DNA of 64,000 nucleotides, from assembly GCA_041615815.1 (NCBI GenBank), contig JBFJCP010000015.1, positions 32,001 through 96,000 of the forward strand, written 5' to 3'. Position numbers and translations under genes: made by a program. The stretch comes from Gemmatimonadales bacterium (lineage in GTDB: Bacteria; Gemmatimonadota; Gemmatimonadetes; Gemmatimonadales; GWC2-71-9). Below the pieces are notes generated by a model. It saw only the letters and a program-made list of their open reading frames with translations. It did no database searches and was not told the DNA's origin. Position 1 is the stretch's first letter, and each line of letters starts with the position of its first letter. Positions 29,636-39,894 of this stretch are shown here, one piece after another.

Positions 29636-30181
29636 ATGACGGCGGTACGGGATCTCATGTCGACGGATCTGACGGCCGTGAGTTCCGAGCTCACGCTGCG
29701 GGACCTCGTCACTCTCTTGGATGACCGTCACATCAGCGGCGCCCCGGTGGTGGCAGGTGGAAAGGTGTTGGGGGTGATCACGGCGAGTGATGTGTTGGGA
29801 TTTGAAGCAATGACGCCGGCCGTTCCGCGTGGCCGCGGCGACGAGCCGGACTGGGAACTGGAGCGAGCCCCGGAATGGGAAGAGGGGAGCGAAGCACCGG
29901 GAGCCTTTTTCAGCGACTGGTGGGCGGAGACCGGTGCCGATCTCGTGGCACGGTTTGAGAACGTCGCCACGCCCGAGTGGGATATGCTCGCCGAGCATAC
30001 GGTCGGTGAAGCCATGACCCGATCGGTCTGCTCCATCCAACCCGGCACCACCATCAACGAAGCAGCGGCATACATGATCCGAGCCGGCATCCACCGGTTG
30101 CTGGTCCTGGAGGACGGGAAACTCGTGGGATTGATCACGACCACGGATATCGTCCGCGCACTCGCCGAGGGACGGTTCTAG
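29636..30181 (+). CDS. CBS-domain pair protein
   Basis: VRDLMS, ISGAPVV, GVITASD; VGEAMT, IHRLLV, GLITTTD. Confidence 0.92.
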   Translation: MTAVRDLMSTDLTAVSSELTLRDLVTLLDDRHISGAPVVAGGKVLGVITASDVLGFEAMTPAVPRGRGDEPDWELERAPEWEEGSEAPGAFFSDWWAETGADLVARFENVATPEWDMLAEHTVGEAMTRSVCSIQPGTTINEAAAYMIRAGIHRLLVLEDGKLVGLITTTDIVRALAEGRF

Positions 30182-30405
30182 TGGCCCGTGCAAGACAGCG
30201 CTGGATGTTCGGGGCCGTGGGGATGGGTGCCCTGTGGCTCCTACCCCTCCTCGTGTGGTGGGTGGTGCGGTGGAGTATGGACTATCAGGTAACGGCCGGG
30301 GCATTCGTCGTCGCGATCGGCTTATCGCTCATCCCGCCGGTCGTGCTGACGTGGGCATGGCTCTACCGTCTGACGAGCCGTGGTTCGGCGGGCCCCGAAG
30401 ACTGA
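30181..30405 (+). CDS. Small two-TM membrane protein
   Basis: Two hydrophobic segments; start abuts the CBS stop. Confidence 0.6.
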   Translation: MARARQRWMFGAVGMGALWLLPLLVWWVVRWSMDYQVTAGAFVVAIGLSLIPPVVLTWAWLYRLTSRGSAGPED

Positions 30406-30406
30406 G

Positions 30407-32056
30407 TTAGCGCGGCGGCGCGGGTGCATCACCCGCGCTGCCTTCGGATCTCGATCGCGTCTCGAGTGTCTCGATCACTCCCGCACCGACGCTGTCACCC
30501 CAGACGTTCACGGTGGTGCGAAACCGGTCGAGGAGCCAGTCCACGGCCAGGATGAGTGCGATGCCCTCAATGGGGAGCCCCACGGCGCGTAGCACGATCA
30601 CCATAGTCACCAATCCAGCTTCGGGAATGCCCGCAGCACCGATCGCGGCCAGCGTCGCCGTCACGAAGATCAACGCCTGCATGCCGGGACTGAGTGAGAT
30701 TCCGTAGACCTGGGCGATGAACATCGCCGCCACCGCCTCATAGAGTGCGGTCCCATCCATGTTGATCGTGGCACCCAGCGGCAGCACGAACCCCGCGGTC
30801 CGGTTCGACACCCCGTTCCGTTGCTCCACACCTTGAATCGTGAGCGGGAGCGTGGCCGAGCTGGACGACGTGGACAGGGCGTTGAGCAAGGCGGCCCCCA
30901 TGCCTTTGACATACGTCCACGGATCTCGTTTGCCCACTAGCTTGAGAATCAACGGTAGTACGACCAGTCCGTGGACGGCCAGCCCCAACACCACGGCGCC
31001 GAAGTACTTGCCCAAGGCAAACAGCTCTGGCAAGAAGCCGACGAAACCGCCGGCCCGACCAATCCGCGGCGCCACCAGACCGAAGATCCCGACTGGCGCG
31101 ATGACCATCACCCAGGCCACGAGACGCATCACGGCATCGTTGAGGCTGGTGAGCACTTCGATCGTCGTGCGCACGCGCGGGCCGAGCAGCGACAATGCGA
31201 TGCCGATCAGGATCGAAAAAATGATCAGCGGCAGGATCTCCATCTGTGCCATGGCGGCGAACACGTTTCGCGGGATCAGACCCTGCGTGCCACGTTCCTC
31301 GTTGCCCAAGAGCACCTCGTGTAGTGCACCGCCGATGCTCTGGGCTTCCACATCGCGCAGCTCGGGCGTCACCGGGAGTGTGATACCGATCCCGGTCCCC
31401 GTGTCCGCCACGGTCGGCTCGGTCGACACCAACTCGCCTTCCACCCGCCGAAACGGCAACCGGGTGCCGTCGTCGGCCGTGATGTAGAAGAGGTCTCCAG
31501 TCTCGACCTTCTCCCAGAGCCGGACCGTGACGGTGCTGTCCGCGATCGACTCGATCCTACCTTGCACGTCCTGGTCGAGGAGCACCACGACGTACTTGTC
31601 GGAGTAGCCCGTACGATCCCATGAGGCGCCCCCGAGCGTGACCGTGTGATTTGCCGGTCCGGTCACCGTGTAGGCGCGGTCCGGATGAGACTCTCCCGGG
31701 GCGACACCCTCCCCTGGCCGAACGATGTTGACCACCGCGAGTCCCGCGGTCACCGCCAACGCCGTGGTCGCCGTGTAATAAAGGATTGTTCGCCAGCCCA
31801 AGGATCCGACGTTGCGGATGTCGCCGAGCGCCGTGATCCCCGTAATCATCGAGAGCATCACGAGCGGGATCACGAGCATCATGAGGAGGTTGAGAAATAC
31901 GTCGCCGAGGATGGCGAACCGGACAGCCAGACGCGGCAGGAACCCTCCCATCACCGTCCCCAGGATGATGGCGACGATGATGCCGAGCACGATGTGATCG
32001 CCGGGCTGCCGCTCGGGGCCGTTCGGTGGCTGCGGGCCCGAGCGATCTGGGTTCAC
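30407..32056 (-). CDS. Dicarboxylate/amino acid:cation symporter (DAACS)
   Basis: STSSSSATLP, LGATINMDGTALYE, GAAGIP, DRFRTTVNVWGD. Confidence 0.95.
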   Translation of the reverse strand: MNPDRSGPQPPNGPERQPGDHIVLGIIVAIILGTVMGGFLPRLAVRFAILGDVFLNLLMMLVIPLVMLSMITGITALGDIRNVGSLGWRTILYYTATTALAVTAGLAVVNIVRPGEGVAPGESHPDRAYTVTGPANHTVTLGGASWDRTGYSDKYVVVLLDQDVQGRIESIADSTVTVRLWEKVETGDLFYITADDGTRLPFRRVEGELVSTEPTVADTGTGIGITLPVTPELRDVEAQSIGGALHEVLLGNEERGTQGLIPRNVFAAMAQMEILPLIIFSILIGIALSLLGPRVRTTIEVLTSLNDAVMRLVAWVMVIAPVGIFGLVAPRIGRAGGFVGFLPELFALGKYFGAVVLGLAVHGLVVLPLILKLVGKRDPWTYVKGMGAALLNALSTSSSSATLPLTIQGVEQRNGVSNRTAGFVLPLGATINMDGTALYEAVAAMFIAQVYGISLSPGMQALIFVTATLAAIGAAGIPEAGLVTMVIVLRAVGLPIEGIALILAVDWLLDRFRTTVNVWGDSVGAGVIETLETRSRSEGSAGDAPAPPR

Positions 32057-32205
32057 GGGTGGCCCTCAGTCACAAGTCACAGCCGGATGCAACGAGATCG
32101 CCACGAACCTCGAGTTGGCTCGTCACGACGGATCAAGAGCAGCAGGAACCGAGAATCGCGCTCTGCGGCCCGCACCCACGCCGCAAAGGCGCGGTGGAAA
32201 GACGC

Positions 32206-32850
32206 TCAGTGTCCACATCGCGGCTCACCTGCCCCCGCCGCCTCGATCAGCTCCACGATCTCCCTGAGCGTCTCCCGGCCCCGGTCACTGTCATACCAGG
32301 CGTACTTCTGTTCGTGCAGCGTGTCCTCATCCAGTTTGGGCTCATTCTCCAGAAACCACGCCTGGAGCTTCCGTGGACGCTCCACCCAACAGCCGACCTC
32401 CTCGAACGCCTCGTCGAGCAGAAGAACGGTGGGTGTCGCCGCTCGGCCGTCGGGAGTTCTGTGCGACTCCATGATCTCGCGGCCGAGCTCGGAGTCGATG
32501 ATGCGCATCTCCAGATTCCCGGCACCATCCACGAGCTTCGCTACATACGGAATCGTGTTTGCCGAGTCACCGCACCAGTCTTCCGCCACCACGAGCAGTC
32601 GCCACTGGCCCGGTACTGCTGCCATGCGGGTGGTCAGCGCATCGGGAACCTGGGCGTCGGCGTAGTGCTGCTTCCATGCCTTCTTCCGCTTCTTCGCCGC
32701 ATCCCGAAATTCGACATACGTCTTTCCTTTGGCGTACACGGATCGGAAGTCGGTCTTCCCGACCGCGTTCACCGAAGCCGGTGGCGCAGCAGCGGAACAC
32801 ACGGGAACACCGCCGGACAGTGCAGCAACGGTGACGAATATCGTCAACAT
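32206..32850 (-). CDS. Exported thioredoxin-family protein
   Basis: Signal peptide MLTIFVTVAAL; AEDWCGDS; TPT...WVERP. Confidence 0.85.
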   Translation of the reverse strand: MLTIFVTVAALSGGVPVCSAAAPPASVNAVGKTDFRSVYAKGKTYVEFRDAAKKRKKAWKQHYADAQVPDALTTRMAAVPGQWRLLVVAEDWCGDSANTIPYVAKLVDGAGNLEMRIIDSELGREIMESHRTPDGRAATPTVLLLDEAFEEVGCWVERPRKLQAWFLENEPKLDEDTLHEQKYAWYDSDRGRETLREIVELIEAAGAGEPRCGH

Positions 32851-33008
32851 GGTCTTCGTCCCCTCATCGAACGACTCGGCCAAAATGTCCTTCGCTCTGT
32901 AACAATGCGAGATCACACCGGTTCTGGAAAGGCTGGCCCGGTCCACATTCCCCGTTCCGTACCGTCCTGCTACCTTCATCCGGAACACCGACCAGAGGGA
33001 TCAATCCG

Positions 33009-33509
33009 ATGGCATCGCAGTCGTCATTCGACGTTTCGACTGGTGCGGACCTTCAAGAGGTGGACAACGCCGTCAACCAAGCGCGGAAAGAAGTCACGCA
33101 GCGTTACGATTTCAAGGGAACGCGATGCGTGCTCGAGCTGGACAAGAACGCCGCCGCGATCGACCTCGAAGCCGACACCGAGTTCCACATGAAGGCGCTC
33201 TGGGACGTCCTGCAGTCGCGGCTGGTGCGGCGGAAAGTATCCCTCAAGAACGTGACCGCCGGTGAGATCACGGAGGCCGCCGGAGGGCGGGCCCGCATGA
33301 AAGTGACGCTCCAACAGAGCCTGCCCGCGGACACGGCCCGGGCCATCGTGAAGGACATCAAGGACCTGAAGCTCAAGAAGGTCCAGGCGGCCATCCAGGG
33401 CGACGAGGTCCGGGTGTCGTCACCCTCCAAAGATTCCCTTCAGGAAGTGATCGTGTTTCTGAGATCCAAGGACTATGGGGTGGAGCTGAAGTTCGGCAAT
33501 TACCGATAG
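33009..33509 (+). CDS. yajQ: YajQ family nucleotide/c-di-GMP-binding protein
   Basis: SFDVS...QEVDNAVNQA...RYDFKG...KVQAAIQGDEVRVS...NYR. Confidence 0.95.
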   Translation: MASQSSFDVSTGADLQEVDNAVNQARKEVTQRYDFKGTRCVLELDKNAAAIDLEADTEFHMKALWDVLQSRLVRRKVSLKNVTAGEITEAAGGRARMKVTLQQSLPADTARAIVKDIKDLKLKKVQAAIQGDEVRVSSPSKDSLQEVIVFLRSKDYGVELKFGNYR

Positions 33510-33541
33510 TGACGAGCGCGGGCTCACGGGAGACGGGTATG

Positions 33542-35314
33542 CTATCGATACTCCAGCTCTCGCCGCGTATAGATCTCACCACGCCGCACCACGAGTGCTG
33601 CACGCCGCACGTTGGCGATGTCCGTAAGGGGATCGGCATCGAGCACGACGAGATCGGCCACGGCGCCGGGAGTTACCGTCCCGGTGCTGTCCAGACCCAT
33701 GGCCATTGCACCGTTTCGGGTAGCAGCCACGAGCACATCCATGGGCCTGAGTCCCGCGCCCTGCATGGCCTCGAGCTCCATGTAGACTGAGGCACCGTGG
33801 AGGGTGAGCGGGTTTCCCGCGTCGGTCCCCAACACCACCGGGATGCCCGCGCGATGGATCCGCGCCAGGTTGGTACGCGCATTGGCGAAGCGCCGCTCCG
33901 TCACGCTCGTCCGCCGCCTTACCTCGTCTGGCGATGGACGTCGCTCCATCGCGACCGTGTCCGTCGCCAATGCCTTGCCCCTCATCCCGGGATCCACGCA
34001 AGCAAGCGGTTGCCGATCGCGCGCGAACCGGCGGGCGGCGACCTGGCGGTAGCCATCCGGCACCAAGAGCGTGGGCGTGTAGATTGTGCCTGCTGCGCGA
34101 GCCAGCTGGAGGAATTCGTCGTCCACCGGCTCCCGGCTCACGGAATGCACGAGGAGATGCGCTCCCGCCCGGACAGCATCCTTGGCTTCCCAGAGTCCGG
34201 TGGCGTGCACGATGAGAGGTACGCCGGCCTTTCCCGCTTCGTCGCCCGCCGCGTGCACCAACGCCGAGATCCGCGCGGTATCCGGCGGTTGCGGCGGCAT
34301 GATGTACCACACTTTGACCGCCGCCGCACCCCACGCGGCGTGCGCGCGTATCGTGCGGCGCACTGTCTCCTCGTCCGTCATGTAGACGAACTGCTGATGG
34401 CCCGGAAGGTTCAACCAAAAGTCGACCGTCGAAAGCAAAGGACCAGCAGCCCGTACCACCGGCGCGACCGTGCTGGTCCTCGTGGCAACCTCCAATTCCC
34501 ATGTCCACGGATAGCCGCCCACATCGAAGACACCAGTGACTCCGGCACACAGGTAGGACCGGAAGAACCGCTCCGGCTGCCGTGCGAGGTCGGCAACGAC
34601 CTGCTCGTAGGGATGCTGATCGCGCAGATCGAGCGCGTCGGGTCGGCCATCAACCCATCCGGTCTGCGAGAAGTGCACGTGGGCGTCGATGAGACCGGGA
34701 ATGATCCATTTGCCCTGCGCGTCCACCGTGTGCGCGTCCGCCGGAACCGGACAGTCGCTTCGCCGGCCGGCGCAGGCAATCCGGCCGTCCCGCATCACGA
34801 CCGCCGCGTCGGGAACGGCGGCCGCCCCGGTGCCATCGACGAGCGTGGCGCCAACCAGCGCCATGGCCGGCGGCGCGGCCCCCGGCGTCGAGAACGCGGT
34901 AGTCACCGCCACCTTCCAGCCGTCCGCGGTCCGCACGAACACCCGCTCACTGATACCGCGATCCGTCGACCCGCCCGTGACGACGCGATAGCGATAGGTG
35001 CCGTACGCCACGTTCTCAGTGAGCGGTATGATTTCCAGATGGGTGGCGACCAGCGTGTCCGGCCAACTCTGACCCGCCCCGGCGGCAAACGAGTCGTAAC
35101 CGCGGGTCAGACCAGCGGGTCCAACGCGAGCGAGCTCCGGACTCTGGAGATAACTCGATAGGTATGCCGCCCGGTCGCGGGCGTGAATAGCCCCGATATT
35201 GGCGCGAAACGCTTCGAGTGGCGTTTCCTGGGCGGGCAGCGGGTTGGTGGCGCCGGCGGCAACGAGTGCCAACAACGCCAGCCTCCACGTGCGAGACATC
35301 CTGAGGTTCGTCAT
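33542..35314 (-). CDS. Secreted amidohydrolase with an N-terminal NTF2/SnoaL-like domain
   Basis: Signal peptide; PGLIDAHVH, HATG, VHS, GTDAGN; start is 35314 or 35299. Confidence 0.88.
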   Translation of the reverse strand: MTNLRMSRTWRLALLALVAAGATNPLPAQETPLEAFRANIGAIHARDRAAYLSSYLQSPELARVGPAGLTRGYDSFAAGAGQSWPDTLVATHLEIIPLTENVAYGTYRYRVVTGGSTDRGISERVFVRTADGWKVAVTTAFSTPGAAPPAMALVGATLVDGTGAAAVPDAAVVMRDGRIACAGRRSDCPVPADAHTVDAQGKWIIPGLIDAHVHFSQTGWVDGRPDALDLRDQHPYEQVVADLARQPERFFRSYLCAGVTGVFDVGGYPWTWELEVATRTSTVAPVVRAAGPLLSTVDFWLNLPGHQQFVYMTDEETVRRTIRAHAAWGAAAVKVWYIMPPQPPDTARISALVHAAGDEAGKAGVPLIVHATGLWEAKDAVRAGAHLLVHSVSREPVDDEFLQLARAAGTIYTPTLLVPDGYRQVAARRFARDRQPLACVDPGMRGKALATDTVAMERRPSPDEVRRRTSVTERRFANARTNLARIHRAGIPVVLGTDAGNPLTLHGASVYMELEAMQGAGLRPMDVLVAATRNGAMAMGLDSTGTVTPGAVADLVVLDADPLTDIANVRRAALVVRRGEIYTRRELEYR

Positions 35315-35348
35315 GACGGTCCGGGTGGCGGGACCACGGATGCCGTCC

Positions 35349-35882
35349 TTAGAAAAACGCGAATCCCGGGGGTGCCATGCCGTGGTTTCGGAAGTTGGCA
35401 ACCACCTGTCCGGCCGTCCAAATGGTGTGTTGGTGAATCTCGTCCCACACCTGCCAGCGGGGCATTTCCTGGCCGAAGAACGTGACCATCTGGTGTCGCT
35501 CGTCGTGCGTCTCCCGCTCCAGCAGCCCTGCCATGTAGTCGTACGCCCCATTGATCAGGCTCCGGAGCCCATCACGGCTGTTGAGCGCAACGGCCGTGTC
35601 GGGAAGCTCGGGCCGCGTGCCGCCGCCGATGTAGCGAGCGGTGATATTGGCCGCGCCGCTCGCAGCGTGCTGGATCTGCGAGGCGAAGTCGCGCTGCTGG
35701 GGGGTAGCCCGGTCGCGATACAGTCGTTCGGGCATAGAGTCCGCCATCGCGAGAAGGAGCGACCGCTGGAGCTCGATCATCCGATGTTGACCCTGACGGT
35801 GAGCGTCGTGTCCTTCCTGTGCCGCGAGTGCCGCTGGCAGCGCCAGGAGCACCAGGGAAAGAACCGATTGCCGTACGCGCAT
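35349..35882 (-). CDS. Exported DinB-family protein
   Basis: ADSMPE..Y..RATP..RDFASQIQH; H...TAGQVVANFR.HG..PP. Confidence 0.8.
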   Translation of the reverse strand: MRVRQSVLSLVLLALPAALAAQEGHDAHRQGQHRMIELQRSLLLAMADSMPERLYRDRATPQQRDFASQIQHAASGAANITARYIGGGTRPELPDTAVALNSRDGLRSLINGAYDYMAGLLERETHDERHQMVTFFGQEMPRWQVWDEIHQHTIWTAGQVVANFRNHGMAPPGFAFF

Positions 35883-36105
35883 GAGTGTAGCCTCTGAAGA
35901 AGGTCATCGTTCATGGAAGCGGGATGCGGCCACGTTGCGGCAGCCCCTAGAAGGCCACGTACGTGGATCCCATTGGGATACAAACGTACCGCCGCGACGG
36001 GGGACGGCCAAGCGGGTACCTGGCCGACCACGATTGCCCGCGCATGTCTCTGTGAGCAATTTTGCATCGAGTGAAGCGACGACCATCCTGTGCCAGAGCG
36101 ACCCT

Positions 36106-36387
36106 ATGTGCCGAAATATCAGAACTCTCTACAATTTCGATCCACCGGCAACGGAGGACGAGATCCGCGCCGCCTCCATCCAGTTCGTCCGCAAGGTGAG
36201 CGGGTTCACCAAGCCGTCCAAGGCGAACGAAGAGCCGTTCGAGCGAGCTGTGGAGGAGGTCACAGAGGTCGTCCAGCGCCTGATGAACGCCCTGGTGACG
36301 ACGGCTGCACCGAGAGATCGCGAAGTGGAAGCGGCAAGAGCCAAGGCTCGGGCGGCCAAGCGGTTCGGATCTCCCGCTACGCGCTAG
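36106..36387 (+). CDS. DUF2277 family protein
   Basis: MCRNIRTLYNFDPPATEDEIRAASIQFVRKVSG. Confidence 0.9.
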   Translation: MCRNIRTLYNFDPPATEDEIRAASIQFVRKVSGFTKPSKANEEPFERAVEEVTEVVQRLMNALVTTAAPRDREVEAARAKARAAKRFGSPATR

Positions 36388-36415
36388 GGTCGCCCCCGTA
36401 GCGGCCGGAACCAGC

Positions 36416-36829
36416 TTGCATCCCACACCGGGAGCTGCCCAGACCGTGACGGTCGGTTACGAACGTATTCGCGGGTTGCGCGACATCGGACAGCGTCGTG
36501 GTGGGTCATACGAAGCGAGCAAGAGCAAAACGATCGCCGTGCCCCGCTCGACGCTGCACCGGGCCTGGAGCACGAAACAGACACGAGATCAGTGGCTTCC
36601 CGGTGTCGATTTCACCGTTCGCACGTCGAGCAAGGACAAGTCGATGCGCCTCACATGGCCGGACGATACGTGGGTGCTAGTCTATTTCACGTCCAAGGGG
36701 CCCAGCAAGAGCCAGGTGGCGGTGCACCACACGAGATTTCCTGACAAGAAGGCCGTGACCGAGGCCAAGTCCTATTGGGCCGAGCGAATCGATGTGCTCG
36801 AGGAAGTGCTCACCACGTCCGCTGCCTAG
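36416..36829 (+). pseudogene. Probably 5'-truncated SRPBCC/START-like protein gene
   Basis: The coding-like frame begins abruptly at AQTVTVGYERIRGLR, with no RBS or ATG and only ~30 bp after the DUF2277 stop. Confidence 0.5.
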
Positions 36830-36847
36830 CGGTCTGTGGACTTGACG

Positions 36848-36882
36848 GAAGGGGTCGGGTCGTTGGCGTCCCCGGCCCCTTC
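36848..36882. terminator. Hairpin between convergent genes
   Basis: GAAGGGGTCGGG...CCCGGCCCCTTC, 12-bp stem. Confidence 0.55.
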
Positions 36883-39793
36883 ACAAGCTCTGCGGCTCCC
36901 CAACGAGGCGCGCCAGTTCCGTCTTGACCGAGTCGACCTGAGGTCGAACCGCCGGATCCGGATGCGTTCGGAGCAGCAGATAGTGGCGGTAGGCACGGAT
37001 CGCGCCGGTCGTATCGCCGGCACGGGCGGCCAGACGCCCCTCCTGGCGCAAGAGCGCCGGCACCACCAGGAATCGAAACCCGCCCCAGCTTCGGCCACGT
37101 CGCCTCACAGCGGAGAGGGCACCGCTGATCTCACCCCGTGCTTCCCGCCACCGCGCGACAGCCAGGTTGGCAACCGCCGCGTTGATCTCCCGGCGGGGGC
37201 CTTGCCTCATCAACGCGTCGAGCCGGTCGAGGGCGGGGGAGGCTCCACCAGAAGTGTCAAACCACTCGATCATGGCCTCCAGCAAGACGGGGCAGAGCGC
37301 CGATCCGGTGTGGCTGGCGAGGTCGTGGGGCGGCCTCCATTCATGGACCAAGCGATTGACGCGGCCGATGGTTCGCCGTGTCTCGCTCGTGTCACCATTC
37401 GCCACACGCCAAAGTTCATGGTGACACACGACGTCCAGGTTGCCCGTGGTGTCCACGACGCCGGCGAGGCGTCTTGCCGCGTCGGTGGCAGCATCCTCGT
37501 AACCGGGCTCGAGCAGACCGAGGTTGATGACCGTCGCAGCCATGGAAAAGGAATCCGTGGCGCCGGTGGCGACGACCGTGTCCAACAGCGAGGCGGCATC
37601 CCGCGCCCTCCCCTGGGCGGATGCGATGGCGGCTCGCGCCCATGCCATTCCCGACCGCCACGGCTGGGTCAGCATGCCCTGCTGCCATCGTCGTTCGATC
37701 ACCAGCTCCGCATCGTCCAGCGGGAAACCGTCATTGATGCTATGACGCAGAAGCTGATTGGCACTCAGATTGGGAATCGCATGGAGACGCTCCCTGAATC
37801 GATCCAGCTCGACCGTATCACCCAGAGCGGCGGCCACCCACCACCGCCGGGCGTCCACGATGTCACTTGAGTCCACCCGGAAGTAGCGACGTGCCCATTC
37901 CCGAATTTCGACTGGATCGCCTTCCAGCACCGCGGCCTCGAGCCTCCAATTCACCGCTTCCACGAGCGTAGGATTGAGCGCGAGTGCGCTGTCGAGCACC
38001 CACGTCGCGCGTTCCAGCCAGTCGCGCGAGCCGACATACGGGCCCACAACGAGGAGCCACGAGCCCCAGTGAAGCCAGATTTCGGCCCGATCCGGGATAA
38101 CCGCGGTAGCGGCGCGTTGAGCTTCGAACAGCTCAGCCCACGTCGATGGGGCAGGATAGTTGGGACCCACCCATGTCAAGGAGCGCAGGTACGTTTGGTC
38201 CCGATCCGGCAACCGATCCCGCAGGGCCCACGCGTGCTCGACCGCCTGTTGCTCCACGCCGATCCGCTCACCCAGCTCCACCAGCGCCAGGGCGGCGAGG
38301 GCGAAGCCGGAGTCGATTTCCAGGGCTCGATCAAAATGCCGTTGTGCCTCCCACCACTCTTGATCGCGAACGGCCTGTCGTCCCCGCAGATACGCCTTGT
38401 TGGCCGCGAGCGAGTCACTGAGAACAGCGAGACGCTGTTCGTCGGTGGGAGTCTGTCTGGCCAGCAACTCCGAGATCAAACGGTCAATGAGGAGCGAAAG
38501 CATCTGTTCCGTTCCAGAGGTGGACGCCTGGGCTCGAATTCCACCATCGGGAACGCTCAACAGCGTGGCCGTGATGGCCAGACCGGTCGGCATCCCAACC
38601 AGTGATCCGAGGATCACCTGCTGGGCACCGAGACGCTCGGCCAACTGGAGTGACTCCTCCCTCGAAAGCTCTTGTCCATCCGCGGTGCGCTCCCACGCCA
38701 CGATAGCCGTGGTCGGGTCGATGGCCCGCGGAGCATCGTCTCCGGACAGCTTCGAGTGCAATAGCACCACCAGGCCCTTCCCGAGATAATCGTGCGTTGT
38801 GTCCGGTGTCTCGACGCGAAACGGAAAGACCGCAATCGTCGGCGTGGCGCTGCTGATGTTGGCAGACCCCGCGGTACTGCGGCTTTGCACGGCGAAGACG
38901 GTTGCTCCGAGAAACAGGAGTCCCAAGATCGTCAGCGCGGCCAATCGCCGACGGGCGCGGGCCCGGGTCGGTGTCCCGAGATCGGTGATCAATTGTTCCC
39001 GTGCGAGTGCGTCGGCCAACTCCCGCGCCGTGGAGAACCGGGCGTTGGGATTGGGAGCCAACGCTCTCCGCAGTATCCGTCTCATCCCTCCCGGCAACTG
39101 TCCGTGCTGATGGGTCAAGGAGGAGAGCGCGGCGGGCGGGGTGGCGGGAAGGGATCCCGTCAACATCTCGTGGAGCACGCAACCGAGGCTGTAGATATCG
39201 CAGCGCCCGTCCTCCTGCAGCGTTCCTTGCAGCTGTTCGGGACTCATATACGCAGGGGTCCCAACGACGATGCCGGTCTCCGTCAATCGTGTGCTACCGG
39301 CGGCGGAAATGGCTCTCGCAATCCCGAAGTCGGCCACGAACGCATGACCCTCTTCGAGTAAAATGTTCTCCGGCTTGACGTCTCGATGCACGACGCCGTG
39401 TCGATGAGCGGAATCCAGTGCATCCGCAACATCGCGCGCGATCTGCAAGGCATCAGCAACGGCGAGCTTCCCTAGACGACTCAGCCGGTGACGCAAGGAC
39501 TCCCCTTCGACGTACGGCATGACGTAGTACAGAAAGCCACCGCACTCGCCAGAATCCAGAAGGGGCAAGATGTGGGGATGATTGAGACGGGCCGTGAGTT
39601 TGATCTCGCTCAGGAACCGGCTGGCACCGACCCCAGAAGCGACCTCGGGACGCAGCACCTTGATGGCTACGGACCGCTCATGCCGAAGGTCTCGCCCCAA
39701 ATACACCACGGCCATACCACCTCGGCCAATGACCCGCTCAACCGAGTACCGGGGAGCAAGCGCACTCTCGAGCTGACCAACGTCCAGCCTCAC
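36881..39793 (-). CDS. Hanks-type Ser/Thr kinase with TM segment and large TPR-like C-terminal region
   Basis: GRGGMAVV, VAIK, HRDVKPEN, DFG, GTPAYMSPE; TM LAALTILGLLFLG; IAVFPF domain. Confidence 0.95.
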   Translation of the reverse strand: MRLDVGQLESALAPRYSVERVIGRGGMAVVYLGRDLRHERSVAIKVLRPEVASGVGASRFLSEIKLTARLNHPHILPLLDSGECGGFLYYVMPYVEGESLRHRLSRLGKLAVADALQIARDVADALDSAHRHGVVHRDVKPENILLEEGHAFVADFGIARAISAAGSTRLTETGIVVGTPAYMSPEQLQGTLQEDGRCDIYSLGCVLHEMLTGSLPATPPAALSSLTHQHGQLPGGMRRILRRALAPNPNARFSTARELADALAREQLITDLGTPTRARARRRLAALTILGLLFLGATVFAVQSRSTAGSANISSATPTIAVFPFRVETPDTTHDYLGKGLVVLLHSKLSGDDAPRAIDPTTAIVAWERTADGQELSREESLQLAERLGAQQVILGSLVGMPTGLAITATLLSVPDGGIRAQASTSGTEQMLSLLIDRLISELLARQTPTDEQRLAVLSDSLAANKAYLRGRQAVRDQEWWEAQRHFDRALEIDSGFALAALALVELGERIGVEQQAVEHAWALRDRLPDRDQTYLRSLTWVGPNYPAPSTWAELFEAQRAATAVIPDRAEIWLHWGSWLLVVGPYVGSRDWLERATWVLDSALALNPTLVEAVNWRLEAAVLEGDPVEIREWARRYFRVDSSDIVDARRWWVAAALGDTVELDRFRERLHAIPNLSANQLLRHSINDGFPLDDAELVIERRWQQGMLTQPWRSGMAWARAAIASAQGRARDAASLLDTVVATGATDSFSMAATVINLGLLEPGYEDAATDAARRLAGVVDTTGNLDVVCHHELWRVANGDTSETRRTIGRVNRLVHEWRPPHDLASHTGSALCPVLLEAMIEWFDTSGGASPALDRLDALMRQGPRREINAAVANLAVARWREARGEISGALSAVRRRGRSWGGFRFLVVPALLRQEGRLAARAGDTTGAIRAYRHYLLLRTHPDPAVRPQVDSVKTELARLVGEPQSL

Positions 39794-39894
39794 TGCGCCG
39801 ACCTCCGCAATGCCGCCGCTGCTACATCACGTGAGGGCGGTGAACACACGATGAAGTTACTCTGAACTGTCCAGCCTAGCGGTGGACACACCCG

